Assembly (NCBI RefSeq): GCF_006345805.1
Contig: NC_042999.1
Location: 131,316,001 to 131,380,000 of the forward strand
Length of the DNA stretch: 64,000 nucleotides
Source of the DNA: Octopus sinensis
Taxonomy: Eukaryota
Direction: 5' to 3'
Shown here: positions 52,901 to 64,000 of the stretch, one piece after another
Position numbering within the stretch: the stretch's first letter is position 1
How the letters are laid out: every line of letters begins with the position of its first letter
Notes under the pieces: model-generated
What the model was told of the DNA's origin: nothing
Database searches by the model: none
The model's input: only the letters and a program-made list of their open reading frames with translations
Position numbers and translations under genes: made by a program

Positions 52901-55900
52901 GTCAACAAATAGCAATTAAAATATTGAAAATAATTATTAAAAGCATTTACTTAAATTCATATTCTGCCTGCCATCAAAAGGCCATTAAAGAAAAGAAAAA
53001 AAAATGTTTTTTTTTTTCGTAAACACAGCTGCTAGATAAGAGACCAAACCAAAACAAGCCTGTGACAAGTGAGAATTAGATTTCTAATTACAGAATGAAA
53101 ACAAACGATAAAGAAAAGCACATTTTTCAAAAAAGGAATTAGAAATATTTATTTCTTTTTATTTTCTTTTTTTTTTTTGCATATTGTAAAAAGAAATGTT
53201 ATAATATCCCAGTGATGAGGCAGCAGTTTAGCTGAGATATCTACAAATTAGAAAGAAATTTTTACAAACAGAAATGGTGAACTATTTTATTCTACACTTC
53301 ATAATATTGAAAATAAAACAGTTTATATGAATTAGCCAACGATTTTTTAATCTTTCCCACTGTTTCAAGTGATCAATCTATTTAGTTTTCATAATCAACA
53401 AGAGCCAATTTCCAAGGAGCATTTTCAGTTAACAAGCTGAAGAGAAATTTGTTTTAAAATGAAATTCAATAATTGATATTTTACAACAGTATATAAATAT
53501 ATATATAATGTGACACTATAAAGATATTGTGGATATAAGTATTAAAGAAAGACTAGGAAGTTATAGTCCTGCTTATTCCAAGAAGATTAGAGAATTTAAT
53601 AAGCAATAGGCTTCAAACTTTATTTGGTGGAGACTGTTTGCTGTACAGTATCTTTGTTATAATATTATGTTTAAAGCTGTTTTGTAACAAAGATACATTG
53701 AGGATTTGAGTGATTACTTTCATATAAAACAAAAATTAAATGCTTTCAAGAGAGACAAAAAGGGTTTTATCTTCTCTGTAATTGCTACTATTGGTTTTTA
53801 AATAACAACTCTATTACTAAACAAAAGTTTGAAACCCAGTTAAAAAAGGGGGAATTTTGCAGACATGTCTATTAAAAACGTAAATAAATAGATAAAAACC
53901 AATCCTTACTCTCAACTATTCAATGTAAAATAGAAGAAAATTTTTTACCTGAAACTACGCAAAGTTTCTTATTTGATTATCTGTATATAAAATCTTGATA
54001 ACATTATTTATCAGAAAATAATCCCTTTTATAAATAGGAGCTGAATTACCTGTTTTAGAAAGGGTGAAATTAAACCACAATAAACCTTGATATTTAAAAA
54101 TTAATTACAAATACATAATTAGAGTTAATAATCTAAGAGTTACTTGAGACATGTACCAATAAATACTCTTGCAGAATATCTTTGTAATTGTTCAATCCTG
54201 TCCACTTGTACTATCTGGCAGATTAATTAAGCTAACATTATTTGAATCTATTAGAGGACAATATTCTTTCCATTCTGAGCAAATAAACGATATCAAAATT
54301 GTAACATATTGCAATTTATTTACTTCGCTAGCAAGAGAAAGATAGGGATAACAGCAGACTAAGTAAATTAGTATGCTCTCTCTCTCTTTTACGTTGAAAA
54401 TAACAGAAAGAAAAAAGTGGTTGACCTCATTAGAAAGATACATAATACTGAATTAAGGTAAATATATCCTACTGTAGAAAATTCCAACCCAAAAGAAAAT
54501 GGAATAATGCAAGCCAAAATATGACAAAACTTTAACAAAATTAGCATTCTTCATTGAATTCCATAAAAAGTCAAAAACTATGATTATTATCTTTTTTTTT
54601 CTCAATCCCATTTCTTTACATTATTACCAATCCCAAAATTGTAATCTATAATAACAAACAAGAAATTCTGTCTGTGTGGGACCCCTGTATCTCAGTATAC
54701 ATTTGCTCTACATAGACATATTATACTTTTTTGGAATCAGGATGATCCTGGGATTGACTATCTGCCCTTCATTTAGTTCTTGAACAACCAGCATTGGGAT
54801 CAAATTTAAAAGCATTTGGAATGCTATTTCTAGCAGGTAAAGCTTGTCTGATTCACATCATCTTGGTTGGGGCTTGTCAGATGATGTCAGAGATTTTATA
54901 TTGAGATAAAAACTTTGGGACAAATTGGCCAACAGTTGGAATTTAACTTGGGACTGGAACAATAGAATGATTGCATTACAGAATAAATTCTCATCCGTCC
55001 TTAGCTTCTGATCAGACACCACCAGGGCATATAGTCATTACAGACATATTATAATCATGCTATTTAGCTCTTTTTAGTTTTGGGCTACAGGCTCAATTAG
55101 CCCTATGCAAGAGCTAGCCTAAAAGTCCACACAGAGTGTGGCTCTTAAGCTAGTTATTTCATAAGTGGTTTCTGGAATATAACTAATAGAAATAAAAAAT
55201 ACATTTAAACAATTCTAAATATGAAATATAGAATAAATTAATAAGTGGAAATAAAAATTGCTTTAAATAAATAAATATATAGATAAATAAATAAATAAAT
55301 AAATATATAGATAAATAAATAAATAAATCTCAGATTCTTCATATTCAGATGGCATGGTGATAATTATTCAGTTTCTTTGCTACTGAATAAAGTAAGATCG
55401 GATAAAATTTAAAGCTCACATGAAGTTGACAATAATAACTTAATGTAAAGATTATAAACTGATGTAATTAATTGTATAAAACAGCCAGAAAAGGAAGTAT
55501 TGACTGATAACTGCAATTAAATAAAATGAAATGGTTTATAAAAAGGTGGTGGTGAAACAAAATCTCCAATAGCAAAAAGAAACCTAAATTGAAAATATCA
55601 AACAATATTTTGATCACCAGTTTATACAGAGAAATGAAAAACTGGTTAATCTTGCACACAAAGAGTATGTATTTTTACTAAAACCGCACTTGCATTTCAC
55701 ATATGTGTGCTTTTTGAAATAATCTTGCAAACATAGCAGTACAGTAGTAGTCTGTTTTCAAACTCATACAAGAGGCTTCGATAGCATCTTCTCTTAAACT
55801 GCTTCAGACAAATTCTTTTCAAAAACTTTTGAAGCGCTTATTTTATTCATTTTCACTAGCTACTCACTAAGCACTTCCCGAGTAACTCTGCTATTTTTTA

Positions 55901-57545
55901 AATAGCAAAATCATAGAACTGACACATTATGAATCAAACAAGAAGGTTGATAATTTATATTCTACAATTAAACCAATTCATGGTGATTAATGAAGACAGT
56001 AAACAAAATAATGAGGGCACTGGAATATTTCATATTACGTGGTAAATGGGGAGAGAGGTAATTTAATCTAACAAGAAAATTAAGAGATACTTTTTATTTT
56101 CTTTTATGAGCAGGAACTAATATTTGCACTTCCAGGTGGATTGTGTCAGTGTTGCACTTTACTAATCAGTACAAAGCAAAAGCTGTCTAAAAGAAGCGAA
56201 AATAAAGACACAAGCTAATAATGATAATAAGCAATAGGAGCAAATAATTGTGGAAAAAAAATGAAAAAAAATTAACATGGGCAAATAAAAAGACACTTTA
56301 AAGCTAGAAATAAAAATAGACACTTTTAGAGATGTAAATAATCATATAAGCTATAAAAGAAAAATATGAAAAAAAAAAAAAACTCTAAAACCTAAAATTC
56401 TTGAAATTTTTTTTCATACAGTGCAAGATGAATTGTAACTGTAAAACAATATTCCTAAGAAAATAATATAAAGTTCATGATTTATAACTTGTAAATGAAT
56501 CAAATTTGGGCATAAACTTAATTGTCTTAAATATTTTTCATTTTTCTCAAAATTAAAATGAGTTACAAAGAACAATAGATTAGCTTAAATAATATGGTCA
56601 TGAACAGCTTTTATTATTGTGGTGTTATCAGTTGCTCTAGTTTTTCTACAGCTGACGGACCAATAATTTGATGTTATCTGCTTTGAAACCAGCGGATATA
56701 ACCTGTTCAGGCCATCATGAATATTTTGGCAGGGATCTTCAAATACTAAGTCTTCAGAAAGACAGGTTATTAAAGAATTGAAGATAGAAGAATGAGATTT
56801 CTACTTTTCCCTTGCATTTTTTTTTCTTGCCTTAGCATCTCTTGTGCATTGATCTATCAAAGGAGCTTTGATATACTGTAAGTAGTTAATATGAATATAG
56901 TTACTAAATCTTTGAGTATACAATCACACAGCCATGGACTACCAATGCCATGAATTAGAAGGTCACAGCATTAATCCATAAGAAGCTGAGAATATCAACA
57001 AAATATAAATAATTCTAAATGTTTAACAAAAATTTAAAAAATAAAATGAAATGATGTATGAGAGATAAACATATGACCTGGAGTTCATTCACTAAAAAGT
57101 TTTGAAAAATCTAATTTCCTTATTCTGATAGTTGATTAGACTTGTGATTGTAAAACAGAAGTTTATGTAGAGATTAATTTGACATTTGAGTTAATTTGAT
57201 ATACATTTAATTGAGCTTGTAAAATAGACTATATTGACTATAATAATAATGATGATGATGATGATGATGATGATGACGACGACGACGACGACGACGACAA
57301 TTATAATCTTTTCTACTATAGACACAAGGCCTGAAATTTGGGGTTGGGGGCAGAGCCAGTTGATTACATTGAGCTCAATACTCAACTGGTACTACTTATT
57401 TTACTAACCCTGAAAGGATGTAAAGCAAAGTTGACCCTGGCAGGATTTGAACTCAGAACATAAAGACAGATGAAATGCCACTAAGCATTTTGTCTGGCAT
57501 GCTTACAATTTTGCCAGCTCACTGCCTTGCAGCAACAGCAGTAGC

Positions 57546-57590
<45 letters not shown>

Positions 57591-59646
57591 TATAATAATT
57601 ATAATAATCCTTTCTACTATAGGCACAAAACCTGAAATTTTGGGAGAGGGGTTAAGTCGATTACATTGACTGCAGTATTCAACTGATACTTAATTTATTG
57701 ACCCCAAAAGGATGAAAATCAAAGTTAATCTTGGTGGAATTAGAACTCAGAATCTAGTGACAGGCAAAATGCGGCTAAGTATTTTGTTTGGCATGCTAAC
57801 GATTCTGCTAGCTCACCACCTTAATAATAATAATAATAATAATAATACAAAAAAAAAAATATTATTATAAACTTCTTCCAGTAATTGAGAGTAATTCATT
57901 ATCACTGTTTTATTCAACTGATTAACTTGTTTCTCCAGTGTTTGATATAACATTAAATGCTACAAAACATTTTTTATAATATATGCTTTACAAATCAAAA
58001 AAAAAAAACTTACAAATTTCCATTTTCATCAGAACTAAAATAATTATTAATAACTATTAAATTTGGTCCATAACATCTATTAACTTGTTCAATCTTAAAG
58101 CTTAAATATATGAACTGTCACATTTATATTTTTACATCTGTATTTTTATGGGTTGATCAGGTCTGCAAAATGTCCCATCTTAAGTATTCCTTACCATCTT
58201 TTTTTTTCTTTTCAATTTTAACCCCCCATACACTATGTTTTTTGGAGGTAATCTTACTAACTAACACTAAACCACTTAACTTGCTTAACTGGAATGATTT
58301 CACAAGAATTATATTAACACAGAATTTTTGTTTTTTTCTAATCATTCTAAGAATCCATGAAGAGGCAGAGTTAGAGCAAAAGAAAAGGATAGAAAAAATG
58401 GAGGCTTATAAATATTTGAAACCAGAATACATCTTAAAAAAAAATTCCACTCAGCAACTTACAGATTATAAAAGAATCAAATAAGAATGAAAGATATATA
58501 TTACAAAGTAGAAATAATAATTTACTTTAGTAATGATCATATCCTTTGAATTTTGTCTCCTTAGATCTGAAACATGCCTCAGGTTTACCTAAAATATGCT
58601 CATTTCCTAGTCACTGCACCTACTGTCCTTTAATATAATCACATTAACACTAATCTATGAATCATACACATCTTGACAGTAAAAGGAGTAAAAATTTTAA
58701 AGTTCAATGAACATTTCTCTGATTTACAATAACATATATACTAGCAGTAACAATATGGGTTTGAGTAACTGAATTTCTTTTTATTATTTATTAGAATAAT
58801 AACTTAAAGAAAGGATATTCCTAACTTCAATATGAAATATCTATCTATATATGTAACAAAATTATTTTATATAATTCACACAGTTATTAATAATTATTTG
58901 GAAAAAGAAAAAAAATATCCTAAATACCATTTAGGAAAGACAATTTTATATCACTGTGTCTTACTTTCTTTGAGGAAATTGAAGATTATTATAATAAAAT
59001 ATGATAATAAACAAATCAAAGGCTTGTGAGGAAGGTAGTCTCTTATTATTGCTGCTGTGTTCGAGATGATAAACATACAAATATTTATAGAAGTGTCAAT
59101 TATTGAGAAGGCAAGAGTGGCAGCAGGCAGAGAATAAAAGTGCTTAAGTATATACAATTACAAGCATCATACTGGTGGGTGAATGGTGCTGAAATAGCCA
59201 TGTGCCCAACAGAGACAAAAGCAACAAAGAATGGAAGAATTATCACAAACATAGGTAAGTATCATTGTCAAGATGAAATATTTACAATGAAAATGGTATC
59301 CACATTGCTTAGTTGAGGTAAGCAAGAGTAGAAGAAAAAAAAAGAAAAAGAAAACTCAAAGACCAGAACAGCACGACCTCCTTTGAATCATTCATACCAT
59401 GCATATGTCAAACATTTTTCACATACAAGATAATTCAATATATATAATTACAAAAATACACTATATTATAAACCTAAAAGACATTACATATTCTAGTGCA
59501 AGCCAGTAATTAGTCTGGTATATATATATAGTAAGTAGCTTGCTTACCAACCACATGGGTCTGGGTTCAGTCCCACAGTGTGACACCTTGGGTAAGTGTC
59601 TTCTACTATAGCTTCAGGCCGACCAAAGCCTTGTCATTGGATTTGG

Positions 59647-59702
<56 letters not shown>

Positions 59703-60159
59703 AATTGCTAAGAATTTTTGAAATTATTTTATTACCCCCTTGTGCTTGTTCTTTCCCAACTATTAACTGGGAATAATAAAAGCAGTAATTGTATAGGCAA
59801 TTAGTGCTCTAAAAAGGATTAACTTTCCTGGTTATCTCTAAGACTAATGCACCAAAGTTTGGAAAGGCTTTGGCCATTGTAACTGCTGAATATATTAACT
59901 AATTTAGAAAATATAATCTGAGATATTAACAATCTCTGCAACTCCAGCCCTGTTACTGTTTTTCCTTTACAAATATTGGTCTACTGATACTCAAGTAGAA
60001 CATCTGTAAAGGCTATGAACATGTCAACTCTTCCTTGACTAAATAATATTGATGAAAAAAAAAAAAAAAAATTTTCAATATATACATATATTCACACATA
60101 CAATCAAACAGGCTCCAAAGAGACTTGTTAGTCTGCATCAGTTAGACTTGTATTATTTC

Positions 60160-60399
60160 GTAAAAACTGACAAAAAAAGTAGGGTGAACTTGCCATGAGG
60201 AATGGAAAATTCAATGTTTCAGACAGAGTCCTTCTTCTCAGGGATAAGATAACAGGAGTGAAAAGATAGACAGAAGAGTGTTACATCTTCACTTGCCTCT
60301 TTAATTTCACTCCTGTCATCTAATCCCTGAAGAAGGACTGTCTGGAATGTGGGATTTTCCATTTGCCATGGTAACTTCACCATACTCTTGTCATTTTAC
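60160..60399. mobile_element. Fold-back cassette with a degenerate HHR in each arm
   Basis: Plus: ATCC-CTGAAGA-AGGACTGTCT-GGAATGTG-GGAT; minus: ATCC-CTGAGAAGA-AGGACTCTGTCT-GAAACATT. Confidence 0.65.
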
Positions 60400-60599
60400 C
60401 ATACCTCAAACACATACAACACATATTATACATATATATAGATATATTATATATATATATGGCGTTAGGAAGGGCATCCAACTGTTGAAACTCTGCCAGA
60501 TCAGATTGGAGTCTGGTGCAGCCATCTAGTTCGCCAGACCTCAGTCAAATCATCCAACCCATGCTAGCATGGAAAGCGGACATTAAATGATAATGATGA

Positions 60600-60746
60600 T
60601 GACACACATATACATATAATATATATTATATATACATACATCACATATTATATATATACATATATATTACATAAATATTATACATATAATACGTATGTAT
60701 ATATATACATATATTATATACATATTATGCATATATTTACATATTT

Positions 60747-60778
<32 letters not shown>

Positions 60779-60843
60779 TTATATACATAGATATTATATA
60801 CATATACATATATACATACATATTTTATATATATCTGTATATA

Positions 60844-60884
<41 letters not shown>

Positions 60885-61338
60885 TACATAGATATTATAT
60901 ACATATTATACATATATATACATACATTTATATATATATACATACATATATATATATATACATAGGTATTATATTCATATTATAAATATATATACATACA
61001 TTTATATTTAATATATATATAGAATACATACATAGGTATTATATACATATTATACAAATAATACATACATTTATATTTAATATATATATAGATACATACA
61101 TAGGTATTATATACATATTATACAAATATATACATACATTTATATTTAATATATATATAGAATACATACATAGGTATTATATACATATTATACAAATATA
61201 TACATACATTTATATTTAATATATATATAGAATACATACATAGGTATTATATACATATTATACAAATATATACATACATACATATTTTATATAGATATTA
61301 TATATATATTAAATGTATATATACATACATATATTTTA

Positions 61339-61379
<41 letters not shown>

Positions 61380-61469
61380 CATAGGTATCATATACATATT
61401 AAACAAATATATATTATATATATATATACATAGGTATTATATACATACATACTTTATATATAATATATA

Positions 61470-61531
<62 letters not shown>

Positions 61532-61540
61532 TATATAAAG
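60600..61540. repeat. TA-rich low-complexity block with an about 68 bp minisatellite (about 5 units, 60955-61280)
   Basis: Repeated cataggtattatatacatattatacaaatatatacatacatttatatttaatatatatatag. Confidence 0.9.
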
Positions 61541-62206
61541 ACAGACATTCATGTCTATATGTATGGTAAACTATAACATAAATGAAAAGCTAATGGGTAT
61601 GTTTAAAAAAATGGTAACATGTCTCGACCTGTTACTATTTTTTTAAACACCCATATAGACGTGCATACACATTGATATGTCTATCTTTCCCCCCCTCTTC
61701 TCTCTTACTATTATTATTACTGTTATTTTTGCCCCTTTTAAAACTTACTTGTAAATATCTGATTTTTTTTCCTATAACCCCATTTGTATTCTCCCTTATT
61801 GTATCTTAGTTTAATTGGCTTTATTGTATTAAACCTTTTTTTATGTCCTTACAAATTTCCTCACACTGATGAAAATGACAATGCATAAATTTAATTACAA
61901 TTACTATGTTTATAATTTATTTTCTTACATATTTGTATTGTCCTTTGAAATACACATATGTATTGAATCCTATTTTGTATTAAATCTAATTTTGATTCAA
62001 CATCTTTTTCTCCTTCATTTTCTATACTTGTTCAGGGTATTTTTATACCTACAACAATATTTTTCAACTATTATTTTCATATTCTTATTACTTGCTCTGG
62101 TTGATTTTTATGAATATGATGAATCTTTATTAGAAATCATACTTTCTCTCTTTTTGGATCTCTCAAAAAGTTTAAATTGTTCTCTTTTGAACTTATTTTT
62201 TCCCCT

Positions 62207-62257
<51 letters not shown>

Positions 62258-62291
62258 AACATATATATATATATAAACATATATATGTAAA

Positions 62292-62347
<56 letters not shown>

Positions 62348-64000
62348 TACACATTATATATATATGACACATATTATATATATATATAATGCATGTATGT
62401 ATATATTTGGTGGACAGATTAATTTGAGTAATATTGAAGAAGGGTGTAATTTTTTATTGATAATTTTGCTTTGAAAATTCAATCCAGCCACAAAACTATT
62501 CCTAATTACTCATTTAAGAAGGAAGGGTGAGACCTGTTGTCATCCACATGGTCTGAGGCAAGCAGAATAATAGATATTGCCTGAAATTAAACATTTCCAA
62601 AATACAATGGCATGTGTGGATGCATGTGTTTCTCTGTGTGTGCGTGTGTGTATACATATACACATATACACACATACATATACAAACACACATCTTGCAC
62701 CACAATCATGTATAAAAAGACTTTCAATGTATTTGTCCATTCACAGAGTTGTATACATAAGAGAACAAAAGACTGAAAGAGAGAGAGAGAGAGAGAGATG
62801 GAGGAAGAAAGAAAGAGATTGAGCTAAATGCTCACAGGAAGATATTACATGCTAATCACAGAACATTGAGCAAAAAAAAGCAACACCAAAATTAACAGAG
62901 ATAAGGGATTAAGGTAATGAGAGGTGGAAGGGTGCAGAGGGATTAAAGAAATACGAGGTAGAAGGGGATTAAAATAGTGAGAGATGACAAGGGATTAATA
63001 TAGTGAGGATTAAAGTTGTAAGAAGTGAAGTGGGATTAGTGAGAGATGGAAGGGTATTGAAGTATTGAGAGGGAGAATTACAGTAGGAGGAGGATTAATG
63101 ATAAGAAGATTAAGCCTTTAGGATTTAAACTGGTTATATTAGGCCCTTATATTGTACCTATTTTATGTTTAAACTGACCAGGTCCAACCTCTCACACCTA
63201 CACAACAATGTTATTCTAAAAATAAACTTTCACATCATTGAAACCTTGAAGCTACAGGATAATGTATGCTTAATTTAAAACAAAATGAATAAATAACCAT
63301 AACATTTGACATGTAAATGCTAATAAATGATTAAAGGAGAGGTGGAAGTGAGAGGTAGAGGGAATTAAAATAGCGACAGGCCGAAGGGATTAAGGGGTGA
63401 GAGGTGGATACTATATAGACTCAAATGGGAAAAATAGTAATAGTAGAACCTCTTTCAAAAGAAGAGATATTTGATGTGAGTTGGATTATTGCAAATTTGA
63501 AAAAACAAATGTTGTTAATCACATTGTTAAATCACTGTAGTTATAGACTGGATGGCAAATCTCTGGTGAACAAACTCTGAACCAAGTTCAAATATAGTTT
63601 AAGCAATTTCTTTTATTTCACTAAAGTCCCTGGTAAAAGTATATACATTATATCTCTCATTCAGCCAACTACTAAAGCCAGTTTGGATGATTAACTATTG
63701 ATAGAACCTCTAGTCTCAACATTGAAAAAGCCAAGTTTTTATTGAAAATTAGTGAAGAAACTGAGAATGATCAACTATTAATAGTACTGCAAATCTCAAA
63801 GTTGAAGAAGTTGAATATTTATCAGAAATTGGTAAGGAAACTGAGTCCATGGGATAAATAGTTATATAATTTTTATAAATTACTTAATAATATTCTTTTC
63901 AACTCTAGGCACAGGGCCTGAAATTTTTTGGGAGGGGGCCAGTTGATTAGATCTGCCCCAATATGCAACTAGTACTTAATTTATCGACCCTGAAAGGATG

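Noticed and set aside
60955-61280. Regularly spaced repeats resembling a CRISPR array
   Set aside because: No unique spacers; AT minisatellite in a eukaryote
61540-61686. Hairpin as candidate pre-miRNA
   Set aside because: AT-rich, nested in a larger degenerate inverted repeat beside (TA)n; likely TE-derived
62900-63410. G-rich degenerate repeats (gagaggtggaagggattaa) as telomeric or G4 element
   Set aside because: Not TTAGGG arrays; low-complexity repeat interrupted by a MITE

Overview
Eukaryotic, AT-rich, microsatellite-dense genomic DNA. The SINE, LINE and MITE repertoire suggests an octopus or other coleoid cephalopod (inference). Two partial protein-coding genes lie on the minus strand. 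(1) The 5' five coding exons of TTC25/ODAD4 (9125 to 1066, phases consistent, continuing off the left edge), with an RFX/forkhead-like promoter. (2) The last two coding exons (48664-48367 and 40459-39811) of a Pro-rich protein ending in the PDZ-ligand-like ENTQM*, possibly ARHGAP17/44-like. The rest is decayed TEs (RTE, CR1, Tx1/L1 and R4-like LINE pieces, mariner/Tc1/maT elements, tRNA-SINEs, MITEs, a Penelope GIY-YIG remnant) and simple repeats. The most striking structure is a set of 190-390 bp fold-back cassettes and short tandem units, mostly next to (TA)n. They carry minimal type-I hammerhead ribozyme (HHR) motifs (CUGAUGA...GAAAC-palindrome-GUA) of the Penelope/retrozyme kind, often one per arm on opposite strands and from several unrelated families. 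One intact-looking copy is on the sense strand of TTC25 intron 3. Almost all ORFs in the supplied track are microsatellite or TE artefacts. TE boundaries are approximate unless TIRs or TSDs are quoted.
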